Positions 1-8,868 of a DNA stretch of 64,000 nucleotides are shown here, one piece after another. The translations under genes and the position numbers were made by a program. Source of the DNA: Thermoplasmata archaeon (lineage in GTDB: Archaea > Thermoplasmatota > Thermoplasmata > Thermoplasmatales > ARK-15); assembly GCA_039794005.1 (NCBI GenBank), contig JBAMMA010000001.1:64001-128000 (forward strand), given 5' to 3'. The notes beneath the pieces were generated by a model that saw only the letters and a list, made by a program, of their open reading frames with translations, was not told the DNA's origin and made no database searches. Within the stretch, counting starts at the first letter, position 1, and each line of letters begins with the position of its first letter.

Positions 1-64
1 AGAGAACGGAAAAAAAGGTTTTTTTAAACGATAGATATTAATAAATTAAATATTTTTTAATTCT

Positions 65-961
65 ATGCTTCCTAAGGAGGTAGTGGAAAGGACGATATAT
101 TCTGTAACATCGGTTTATTCCGAAAAGTTAATAGGTGGTATTAAAAAAAAGGAAGAAATAAGCAGTGGAACTGGATTTTTTATTGACAGGAATATAGTGG
201 TTACAAACATGCATGTAATTTTAGATACAAATAATATATTAATTAAAACATATGAAGGTGAAGAGATAAATCCAAAATTTATAGATGGCGATATTAATTT
301 AGATTTGGCATTTTTGGATCTGGGCGACGTATCCTATATTCCATTATTACTCGAGGATTCGGATTTAGTTAAGATTGGCGAATACGTTATTGCAATTGGA
401 AATCCTTTGGGCATATTTTCTAGTCCAACCGTTACTTTTGGAATAATAAGTGCTAAAAACAGAAATGCAATGGTCAATGATATTTTATTTGAAAATTTAC
501 TTCAAACCGACGCTGCAATAAATCCTGGCAACAGTGGAGGTCCATTATTAAACATGGAAGGCAGAGTTTTAGGAATAACATCATCGATGATTTTAGATGC
601 ACATGGAATAGGTTTTGCAATTCCATCCAATACTATAAAAATCGCATTTGAAACTTTAAAGAAAAATGGCAGATTGCCAAAATTAAAATTGGGAATCTCA
701 GGCATATCAATAGATGAATCTACGCCGAAAAGGATAAGGGATGAGTTAAATTATGGAGTTTATGTCATAGATGTAAAACATGGCTCAATAGCTGAAAAAA
801 ATGGAATCATGAAAGGAGACATAATACTGGAATTCAATGGAAACAAGGTATACAGTATTGAAGATTTAAGATTTAAATTGTCTATGGTTCTGGAAACACA
901 GAAAGTTATTTTAACACTTTTGAGAGACAGAAAATTAATAAATATAGAGATAAATATTTGA
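65..961 (+). CDS. htrA: HtrA/DegP-like trypsin serine protease with C-terminal PDZ domain
   Basis: SGTGF, TNMHV (His), DLA (Asp), TDAAINPGNSGGPL (Ser) motifs; PDZ-like C-terminus (GDIILEFNG). No obvious signal peptide. Confidence 0.9.
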   Translation: MLPKEVVERTIYSVTSVYSEKLIGGIKKKEEISSGTGFFIDRNIVVTNMHVILDTNNILIKTYEGEEINPKFIDGDINLDLAFLDLGDVSYIPLLLEDSDLVKIGEYVIAIGNPLGIFSSPTVTFGIISAKNRNAMVNDILFENLLQTDAAINPGNSGGPLLNMEGRVLGITSSMILDAHGIGFAIPSNTIKIAFETLKKNGRLPKLKLGISGISIDESTPKRIRDELNYGVYVIDVKHGSIAEKNGIMKGDIILEFNGNKVYSIEDLRFKLSMVLETQKVILTLLRDRKLINIEINI

Positions 962-2128
962 ATGATGTACCTGGATAAAGAAGAGGAATCAATGCTGTCC
1001 GGTGAAAAAGGAGAGGCATTAAGGCTGGCAATGGAAATTATACTAAAACTTGGAGAATTTTACAATGCAGAGAGAACCATTAAAATAACGAGTTCACAGA
1101 TTTCTGGTGTATCTTATAAAAATATTGGTGATGCAGGTATAGATTTATTAAGAAAATTTAAGAATGTTAAGGTATCAGTTAAAACATTTTTAAATCCAAT
1201 CGGCTTTGAACTGGATTTTCCCTATGATTTTACACATGATGAAAATTTTATATCTAAGCAGATGGAAATAGTGAAGATATTTAACGATCTTGGAGTTTAT
1301 GAATCTTTGACATGCACCCCTTATTATTATTACTCTCCATCCTTTGGTGAGCATATTGCATGGGCAGAATCTTCAGCTATTGTATATGCAAATAGTGTCC
1401 TGGGAGCAAGAACAAATAGAGAAAGTGGTATTTCAGCACTTGCATCATCATTAACAGGAAGAACATCATATTATGGTATGCATTTGGAAGAAAATAGAAA
1501 AGCAACAATTTTGGTAGAAACCGATTTTAAACCAGATTATTTTACTTCGACAGTCCTCGGTTTATATTTAGGAAAAAATTTTAATGGAAAGATTCCATAT
1601 TTTAAAACAGTTGAAAATGATTTGGACACCTTAAAGCAGCTAGGTGCGGCCATGAATGCATCGGGCAGTATACCTATGTTTCATGTTGAAAATATAACCC
1701 CAGAATATAAAAATGGCCTCAATACAGATCATGAAAAGATTCACATTGAATTTTCAGAAATAGAAGAATTTAGAGAAAAAATAAATTCCAATATAGAACC
1801 TGAGGTATTAATGGCCGGATGTCCTCATTTATCCTCAAATGAAATAAGAAAAATTGCAACATTCGTAAAAAATAAGAAGGTAAAAAATGGAAAAAGTGTA
1901 TATTTCTTTACTTCAAGAAAAATTAAAAATGAAAATCAAGAATTAGTGAAAATAATTGAAAATACGGGTGCTAAAATTTACACGGATACGTGTATGGTTG
2001 TAAGTCCTTTAAAGGATAAATTTAATACCTTATATCTATCCTCTGGCAAATCTTCATACTACATTGGAAAGGAGAAGAAAATTGTTCTTTCTGACCTATT
2101 TGGAATCTTGGAGGTCATGATGACATGA
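962..2128 (+). CDS. Aconitase X catalytic large subunit (DUF521; phosphomevalonate dehydratase large subunit-like)
   Basis: SGVSYKNIGDAG, CTPY, AWAESSA, NSVLGARTNRE, GCPH and DTCMVV motifs, giving three Fe-S ligand cysteines; adjacent to a DUF126 gene. Confidence 0.9.
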   Translation: MMYLDKEEESMLSGEKGEALRLAMEIILKLGEFYNAERTIKITSSQISGVSYKNIGDAGIDLLRKFKNVKVSVKTFLNPIGFELDFPYDFTHDENFISKQMEIVKIFNDLGVYESLTCTPYYYYSPSFGEHIAWAESSAIVYANSVLGARTNRESGISALASSLTGRTSYYGMHLEENRKATILVETDFKPDYFTSTVLGLYLGKNFNGKIPYFKTVENDLDTLKQLGAAMNASGSIPMFHVENITPEYKNGLNTDHEKIHIEFSEIEEFREKINSNIEPEVLMAGCPHLSSNEIRKIATFVKNKKVKNGKSVYFFTSRKIKNENQELVKIIENTGAKIYTDTCMVVSPLKDKFNTLYLSSGKSSYYIGKEKKIVLSDLFGILEVMMT

Positions 2129-2880
2129 GATTCAAGGGGAGAGCAATTTATAAAGGTAAGGTGGAAGGTGAAGCTTTGGTATACAATTCTGGATTATCAT
2201 TTCTTGGGGGAGTAGCTCCTGAAAAGGGAGAAATTATAGAAAATCATAAAAGTATAACGGATAAAATATTTTCATTTGAGAGAAGTGTTGGAAGCACTGT
2301 AGGTTCATACATTATATACGGTTTAAAATATTACAAGAAAGCGCCTCGCGCAATGATCGTAAATGTTCCAGATGAAACTTTCATAACGGGATCATTGATC
2401 TCTGAAATACCTTCAATTGCTTACATCTCCTCATACATATTTCAGGATGGGGATATAGTTTATTTAGATGGAGATTACGTTGAACTGGACGTCGATGTAA
2501 AAGAAGTTGTTACATCTATATTAGTACATGGAGACGAAATGCTATTGTTGAAGAGGAGTGGAAAAGTTTCAACATATCAGGGTAAATGGGCGGGTGTTTC
2601 CGGATATATTGAGGACCTTGATCCCCTCTCTACAGCAATAAAAGAAATTAAGGAAGAGACTGGAATAGAAAATCCCGTCCTATTAAGGAATGGAGGCAAA
2701 ATTTACGTTAGAGATAATAAGAGGTTATGGATAGTACATAATTTTCTTTTTCACGTAAAAAATAAAAATGTCAAAATAGATTGGGAACACGTAGAATTTA
2801 AATGGATTAAAATAAAGGATTTCAAAAATTTTGATACCGTTCCGGGCCTAGACAGGGTTGTTCAAAATTTATTGTTATAA
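2125..2880 (+). CDS. Aconitase X small (swiveling, DUF126) subunit fused to a C-terminal Nudix hydrolase domain
   Basis: N-terminal GKVEGEALV..SFLGGV..GSTVGSY motif of DUF126; C-terminal LLLKRS..GKWAGVSGYIE..KEIKEETG Nudix box and DWEHVEFKW. Start overlaps the upstream stop (ATGA). Confidence 0.88.
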   Translation: MRFKGRAIYKGKVEGEALVYNSGLSFLGGVAPEKGEIIENHKSITDKIFSFERSVGSTVGSYIIYGLKYYKKAPRAMIVNVPDETFITGSLISEIPSIAYISSYIFQDGDIVYLDGDYVELDVDVKEVVTSILVHGDEMLLLKRSGKVSTYQGKWAGVSGYIEDLDPLSTAIKEIKEETGIENPVLLRNGGKIYVRDNKRLWIVHNFLFHVKNKNVKIDWEHVEFKWIKIKDFKNFDTVPGLDRVVQNLLL

Positions 2881-3069
2881 TTTTTGAATTGTTATAGAAC
2901 CCGTTGGGCAATTATTCATGCATTCTTGACATCCATCAATACATGCTTCTGGATGTACAACTTTGCTTACATTTTCAATTGTAAATACTACTGGATTCGC
3001 CGGACAAACTGATGCACAAATACCGCATGCAATACATGTTGATTCATCAACAACTGGTTTTTGAGGCAT
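2875..3069 (-). CDS. 2[4Fe-4S] ferredoxin
   Basis: CIACGICASVCP and CIDGCQECMNNCP motifs; GGTGA SD upstream of ATG 3069. Confidence 0.9.
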   Translation of the reverse strand: MPQKPVVDESTCIACGICASVCPANPVVFTIENVSKVVHPEACIDGCQECMNNCPTGSITIQKL

Positions 3070-3136
3070 TATCAATCACCTTAATATGTTAAAAGGCAAA
3101 CTTATTATAAAAGTTTCTTTCATTTTATTTACTACA

Positions 3137-4126
3137 ATGATATATGTTAAAGTACAAAGGAAAAAAGTTGAAGATGTAAAGGAAAGGATGTTCGAGATGG
3201 GTAATTTGGAGGATAATTATAAAATAATGGTTGATGATAAATTCGGTTACATTCCCGTAAAAAAATTTGTTGATGGATATGAAATAGTTGAATTTGAAGG
3301 TGAAAGGAGAAAAAAAATTTTGAGTCCCTACGAAAAAATAAAGGAACTTTTTCCATTGAAAAATTATTCTTTATATCTTCCAGAAAAATGGGAAAAATAT
3401 GGAGATATTCTGTTAATAAAATTGCCGGATGTTTTAAATCCCTATAAAGATATCGTTGGAGAAACATATTCAAAGGTATTAAATGTTAAAACAGTTATAA
3501 ATTATAAAAAGGTAAAAGGTGAACTAAGGGAACCTGAAGGTGAAATCATATATGGCAAAAATTCTGAAACCATACACCTTGAAAATGGCATATATTACAA
3601 ATTTGATGCATTAAAAATAATGTTTTCATCCGGAAATGTTGATGAAAGAATCAGGATGTCAAAATTAAATTTTGTAAATAATAAAATTGTTGATATGTTT
3701 GCAGGAATAGGTTACTTTTCTCTACCTATTGCAAAATATTCATTTCCTGAAAAGGTCATAGCCATTGAAAAAAATCCAACATCATTTGAATATTTGTTGG
3801 AAAATATTAGAATAAATAATATTAATAATATTATTCCCATTTTTGGAGACAACAGAAACATAAAAATAAAGGACTGGGCAGATGTTGTAATAATGGGGTA
3901 TATACACACAAAAGAATTCATACCATACGCGATTAATATGTTAAATAAAAAGGGTATATTAATATACCATGATACATTTAGAAAGGATGAAATTAAAAAT
4001 TTTGAAAAAATTATTGAGAATATTTTTGGAAATTATCAATTTCATATAATAAGAAAACATATTTTGAAATCATATGCTCCATCAATTTATCACGTAGTTT
4101 TAGATATTTTTATAAGAAAAGTTTAA
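3137..4126 (+). CDS. Trm5/Taw2(TYW2)-family SAM-dependent tRNA G37 modification enzyme
   Basis: WEKYGDI, ENGIYYKFD..MFSSGN..ERIRM, VDMFAGIGYF, EKNP, KSYAP..HVVLD. Start placed at ATG 3137 rather than 3086. Confidence 0.85.
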   Translation: MIYVKVQRKKVEDVKERMFEMGNLEDNYKIMVDDKFGYIPVKKFVDGYEIVEFEGERRKKILSPYEKIKELFPLKNYSLYLPEKWEKYGDILLIKLPDVLNPYKDIVGETYSKVLNVKTVINYKKVKGELREPEGEIIYGKNSETIHLENGIYYKFDALKIMFSSGNVDERIRMSKLNFVNNKIVDMFAGIGYFSLPIAKYSFPEKVIAIEKNPTSFEYLLENIRINNINNIIPIFGDNRNIKIKDWADVVIMGYIHTKEFIPYAINMLNKKGILIYHDTFRKDEIKNFEKIIENIFGNYQFHIIRKHILKSYAPSIYHVVLDIFIRKV

Positions 4127-4152
4127 AATTATCTAAAAGTTAAAGGTTATGA

Positions 4153-4413
4153 ATGAGTAAAGGCAGTGAAAAGAAGAGAAAATTAGATATGTCAAAAAAT
4201 TCAATTATACGTCATTTACTTTTAGAGGCGGTAAAAAATTTACCGGAAAATATAAGAGGTTCTATTGTGGGCACTGTTTATTCCAAAGGTTCTAAAATAG
4301 ATATTTTTGCCGCAAGAGATTATGTTGTAGAATTAAAAAATAAGGGAATAATAGATGAGGAAACTGCCAAAAACATCATTGATATTATTTTTAAATATAG
4401 TAAATATTATTAA
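4153..4413 (+). CDS. Small hypothetical protein (86 aa)
   Basis: Clean ORF filling the gap, with normal composition; no motif recognised. Confidence 0.7.
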   Translation: MSKGSEKKRKLDMSKNSIIRHLLLEAVKNLPENIRGSIVGTVYSKGSKIDIFAARDYVVELKNKGIIDEETAKNIIDIIFKYSKYY

Positions 4414-4703
4414 TTTTTTAAAGTAAATCTGATATGATCATCCTTTACATCGAAAAGGCCAAGTCTTGCACCCGCATCAATCCACCCGTATGCATAGGAT
4501 AGTGATGCCAAAGCATTTACATAATCTCCTTTTTCAAAGAAATAAAATGCATCATTTGTATAATCTTCCGCCATTCTCTTAAAATCAATAGCTATATCAA
4601 ATAAATGCGAATTTTCAGGAACTTTAATTTCAATTATTTTCAGGGCCGTTTTATTTCTCTCCATATAATTTAAAATTTTCTCTTTTTCAATTATCTGTGA
4701 CAT
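4410..4703 (-). CDS. DUF357 family protein
   Basis: MAEDYTNDAFYF..GDYVNALASLSYAYGWIDAGARLG signature; GGAGGTGA SD before ATG 4703. Confidence 0.85.
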   Translation of the reverse strand: MSQIIEKEKILNYMERNKTALKIIEIKVPENSHLFDIAIDFKRMAEDYTNDAFYFFEKGDYVNALASLSYAYGWIDAGARLGLFDVKDDHIRFTLKN

Positions 4704-6156
4704 TAACGCCTTCACCTCCATGTTTAGTTTCTCTAGGTCTTATATCAACGAATAATGGAAAAGAGAGATCTGGATTGGTAACTAAAGCCACACCTATAGG
4801 CAATCTCTGAATATCATCTAAAGAATGCTTTGTTAATCCCTCTACCGATTCCCCTATGGTTTTTAAATCGTTAGGGTTTGTGATTTTCAATATTATCTGT
4901 GTATTGCACTGGCTTAAAACATTTTTATCGACCTTAGCAGGTCTCTGGCTAATTATTCCTAAACCGAGGCCAAATTTTCTCCCTTCACTTGCTATTGTTC
5001 TCAAAATATCCGATGATAGTGATTTACCTTGCTGGGGTATATAATTGTGTGCCTCCTCCAAAATCAATATTAAAGGAGGAATTTCATTTCTTTTCCTCAA
5101 TTCAAATAATGAATATGACAATCTGGATACTAACATTTCCTGTACCTTTGGAGGAACCCCCTTAAGATCTATAATGCTTGCCTTGCCCTTTTTAACTATA
5201 TCTGAAATTTTTGTTCCCTCATTTGCAAAAATATTAAGGGATTCCAAAGATTTAAGTTGATTTATCAAAACTGTGGCAGACATGGAATCTTCTTCTTTTT
5301 GCAATTCATTAATAACATCGGATAATTCAAACAATTTATTTTTTGCCTTAGCCTTTTCCATCGCATTTCTTAACATGTTGAAATATATTCTGTCATTGGA
5401 ATCAAGCATTGTCAATATATCTCTTGGTGAAAATTGAGCAAGTGTAAATTTTATATTATTATATTCCTTATTTTTATTAAAAATTGAAAATAGTATAATT
5501 TTATCCTTATAACTTTTTGGTTCTACTTTAAACCTTTCCATTGAAGCATTCTTCTCAGCTGGAATTGAAAGTGAATAATATTCCCCGTGAGGGTCAATGA
5601 TTATGGTTGTAACGTTATTTTTCAATAATTCTTCAACCAGTATTCCGGTGAAATAACTTTTGCCTCCTCCAGTTTTTGCTAAAATACTTATATGCTTCTG
5701 AACGAGTGAATTTATATCTAAATATATGGGAATTTCATGGTTATGTAAAAACCCAATATATGCAGAATGTTCCTTCTTTTCACCTAGTCCTAACGTTTCC
5801 CTTATAAGATCATCATCTGCTATATATACTGGTTCTCCGGCTTTGAATGGAGTTTTAGGTCTTTGTAATATTTTATTATTGTCTCTATATCCAATTACAT
5901 TTATTTCACCTATCAGAACATCCTGTATTTTTACATCCACACCAGCATTAAGCAATAATGCCTTATCTATGGATAAATCCGTTTTTCTTTCTAAATATTC
6001 AATCACACCTAAAATCCATCCAGCATTTTCATGGAATATTTTTACAAATTCCCCCTCCTCTACAGAACCTGTAACGGTCATTTGTAAATTTGTTGTTCCC
6101 ACATCTCCAAATAATAAACCTACCTTGTTCTTATTTTCATCAATCTTAGATTCCAT
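4687..6156 (-). CDS. HerA/FtsK-superfamily ATPase (HAS barrel + DUF87)
   Basis: KHISILAKTGGGKS Walker A, IIDPHGEY, LEEAHNY, EGRKFGLGL, SQRPAK. Confidence 0.9.
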   Translation of the reverse strand: MESKIDENKNKVGLLFGDVGTTNLQMTVTGSVEEGEFVKIFHENAGWILGVIEYLERKTDLSIDKALLLNAGVDVKIQDVLIGEINVIGYRDNNKILQRPKTPFKAGEPVYIADDDLIRETLGLGEKKEHSAYIGFLHNHEIPIYLDINSLVQKHISILAKTGGGKSYFTGILVEELLKNNVTTIIIDPHGEYYSLSIPAEKNASMERFKVEPKSYKDKIILFSIFNKNKEYNNIKFTLAQFSPRDILTMLDSNDRIYFNMLRNAMEKAKAKNKLFELSDVINELQKEEDSMSATVLINQLKSLESLNIFANEGTKISDIVKKGKASIIDLKGVPPKVQEMLVSRLSYSLFELRKRNEIPPLILILEEAHNYIPQQGKSLSSDILRTIASEGRKFGLGLGIISQRPAKVDKNVLSQCNTQIILKITNPNDLKTIGESVEGLTKHSLDDIQRLPIGVALVTNPDLSFPLFVDIRPRETKHGGEGVNVTDN

Positions 6157-6194
6157 AAATTTTTGAATTAAACTATGAATTTAAAATTTTCACA

Positions 6195-7085
6195 TTAAAT
6201 AAATAAAAATATAATGAAAAGGATTGGACCCAAAACAGCAAATTTCCTTATATTAAAAAATAAAATTGTAGAGAATACAGACATTGAGAGAATTGTATAA
6301 ATAATACTCCAATTAATATAAAATATATTGAATATCGAAAATATGCCAATATATATAGTAGAATATAAAATTGATTCACCTATTAGATTATTAATACCCA
6401 TTGATAGAAATCCTTTTTTTGACCATATAAGAGATATTATAATCTCCGGTAAAGCTGTTCCTAATGGTATTAACAAGATAGATAATATCAATATATCTAT
6501 TCCAATTGCATATGATAGTTCAATTAAACTGTTTAATAAAAGACTTGATCCAAAATAAATGCCAATGACCGATAAAAATATTTGAAGAACAATCACATAA
6601 CTATTTTTAAAGATCTTTTTAAATATTGGAATTTCTGGAAATTCAATGTAATTTTTATTTGATTTTCTGATATGATAATTAAAGTAAAAATATATAAATA
6701 TTAAAATTACTCCTGTAATAAAATTATTAATTAATTTTAATAGCGAAATCAACAGAGAAATTGCTAAAAATAGAAATGCATAATTTTTTTCAGTATTTTT
6801 TTTAAATATTAATAATAAAATGGGAATAAAAATCATAACTACGATAAATATATCTCCAAAAATGGTGCCTATTGCTTCATTCTGTCCATTCATTCCTTTA
6901 ATGATAAAAATTGCTATCAATACTGTAATAAGCTCCGGAAAAGATGTAAAAAGAGGCGAAATTATTGATGAAAGAAATTCTCGTGAAATTTTAAACTTAT
7001 CTGCAATATAATCGGTACTATTTACATACAAATAAGATGATATAAAAATGATTGTTAAACCTAATATTATATTCAATAAATACAT
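6195..7085 (-). CDS. CaCA-family sodium/calcium exchanger
   Basis: Hydrophobic protein with two alpha-repeats, TSFPEL and GTALPEI. Confidence 0.8.
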   Translation of the reverse strand: MYLLNIILGLTIIFISSYLYVNSTDYIADKFKISREFLSSIISPLFTSFPELITVLIAIFIIKGMNGQNEAIGTIFGDIFIVVMIFIPILLLIFKKNTEKNYAFLFLAISLLISLLKLINNFITGVILIFIYFYFNYHIRKSNKNYIEFPEIPIFKKIFKNSYVIVLQIFLSVIGIYFGSSLLLNSLIELSYAIGIDILILSILLIPLGTALPEIIISLIWSKKGFLSMGINNLIGESILYSTIYIGIFSIFNIFYINWSIIYTILSMSVFSTILFFNIRKFAVLGPILFIIFLFI

Positions 7086-7182
7086 AATAAGTGAAATTAA
7101 TTCCAGCTATATAAATAATGATTTTATCTTAATTTAAATATTGAATCATTAAATTTATTATATTTATTTATGATATTTTTTT

Positions 7183-7680
7183 ATGTTACATGTTTACACA
7201 GGTGATGGAAAGGGTAAGACCACAGCTGCATTTGGCCTGGCTTTGCGCGCATTTGGAAGAAATAAAAAGGTCGCAATTATACAATTTGCAAAACCTGAAA
7301 AATCTGGTGAATTTTTAGCATGTGAAAAGATTGGAATAGAGGTATACAATTTTGGTTATCCGGGATTTATTATAAGAAGTCCAAGGAATGAGGATTATGT
7401 AGAAGCCAAGAAAGCATGGGAAAAAGCAAAGGAATTGATGAATTCAAATTATGATGTAATAATTTTAGACGAATTAAATATAGTTCTCTATTATAATTTA
7501 ATAGAAATTCCAGAGGTTATAAAGGTATTGTTAGATAAAAAAGAAAAGATGGAAATTATTATAACAGGTAGATATGCTAAAAAGGAGATAATTGATATTG
7601 CAGATTTAGTTACAGAAATGAAAATGGTAAAACATTATTTTGAAAAGGGAGTTCCTGCGAGGATAGGCATTGAATTTTAG
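7183..7680 (+). CDS. cobO: Cob(I)alamin adenosyltransferase (CobO/BtuR)
   Basis: VYTGDGKGKTTAAFGLALRA, ILDEL, TGR, ADLVTEM..KH, ends GIEF. Confidence 0.93.
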   Translation: MLHVYTGDGKGKTTAAFGLALRAFGRNKKVAIIQFAKPEKSGEFLACEKIGIEVYNFGYPGFIIRSPRNEDYVEAKKAWEKAKELMNSNYDVIILDELNIVLYYNLIEIPEVIKVLLDKKEKMEIIITGRYAKKEIIDIADLVTEMKMVKHYFEKGVPARIGIEF

Positions 7681-8792
7681 ATTAAATATTTTATAATATA
7701 TTCTTTTAGTATATCTGAAATATTTATAACATTATCGATATAATCACTGATGATTTCAATATTCTTTGAACTAGAAACTAATAATGAAATCTTCAAGTTC
7801 AATTTTAATTCTTTTTTAATCTTCGAAACTACTAATGCAACCATTAAGTTATAATTATCATCAGATGAAGATAATATTACCTGCTTTGCTTTTTTAATTC
7901 CTGCTATTTCTAATACTTTAGGATTGTCAGCCCTTTCATGAATTACAATATATCCATCATTTTTTAAATAGTTGGCCATCTCAGAATCTCTAACTATCAA
8001 AACCAATGGAACATCCCTATTTCTTAATTCTTCAATTAAAGAACTTATTATAGGTGTATATCCACAAAAAATTAAATGATTTTTTATACCTGCGAATTCA
8101 ACATTTTCCATAATATTCACCACCTTTTCCAATCTTTTTTGTAATATAGGCCCCAAAACCGAAACTATAGACCCTAAAAATGATACTATTCCAAAAACAA
8201 CTAAACTTGCTGTAAAAAGTCTTGCACTGGTTGTAACTGGAAGAATATCTCCGAATCCCAAAGTTGTCATGACTTCAATTGTGTAATAAAACGCAGTCGA
8301 AATGTTTTTTATGGGAGGGGAAAATTGATTGCCGAGATACAAAGATCCAGCTATGCCATAAATCAGAGACAATACGACTAAAGATAAAGCTAATATATTT
8401 TCTGAAGATATTAAATAAGCAGGAGGATATACATATTCATTCCTATATTTCCACAACAAATAAAATTCCAATATTGACAAAGAAATTCCTACAATATCAA
8501 AAATAATCAACTTTGAAATCCTAGCAAATTCATTTATAAGATAGAAAATAAGAAAACCTTGAACTGCATACCAGGAGGTCCAGGTTTTTCTTTTTAATCC
8601 AGAATATAAAATTAAAAGAAAAATTCCAAATAGTATATCTGTTGAACCAGAATATCTTGAGTTGAAAAATGACAATTGTGATATAATTGCTGAATATTTA
8701 ACATTAAAGAATATGGATCCGGCGTTGTATAAAATATAATATGTGCCTATGATTAACACTATTTGAGGAATGTATTTTTTTAATTTTTGCAT
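7677..8792 (-). CDS. Kch-like potassium channel with C-terminal RCK/TrkA-N domain
   Basis: Pore motif MTTLGFGDILP; RCK domain HLIFCGY..DDNYNL; multiple N-terminal TM segments. Start set at ATG 8792. Confidence 0.88.
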   Translation of the reverse strand: MQKLKKYIPQIVLIIGTYYILYNAGSIFFNVKYSAIISQLSFFNSRYSGSTDILFGIFLLILYSGLKRKTWTSWYAVQGFLIFYLINEFARISKLIIFDIVGISLSILEFYLLWKYRNEYVYPPAYLISSENILALSLVVLSLIYGIAGSLYLGNQFSPPIKNISTAFYYTIEVMTTLGFGDILPVTTSARLFTASLVVFGIVSFLGSIVSVLGPILQKRLEKVVNIMENVEFAGIKNHLIFCGYTPIISSLIEELRNRDVPLVLIVRDSEMANYLKNDGYIVIHERADNPKVLEIAGIKKAKQVILSSSDDNYNLMVALVVSKIKKELKLNLKISLLVSSSKNIEIISDYIDNVINISDILKEYIIKYLI

Positions 8793-8868
8793 CTTATATT
8801 TGAATGTAAATCTTAATATAAAAAATATTCTAAACAATGTTTATATTTTTTTATGCCTTATCCTATTC

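Noticed and set aside
8770-8868. Head-to-head overlap of pckG and the K+ channel gene, and similar long N-terminal extensions in the track (3086, 18798, 41970, 44247)
   Set aside because: These are artefacts of longest-ORF calling; downstream ATGs give normal N-termini and leave ordinary promoter gaps.
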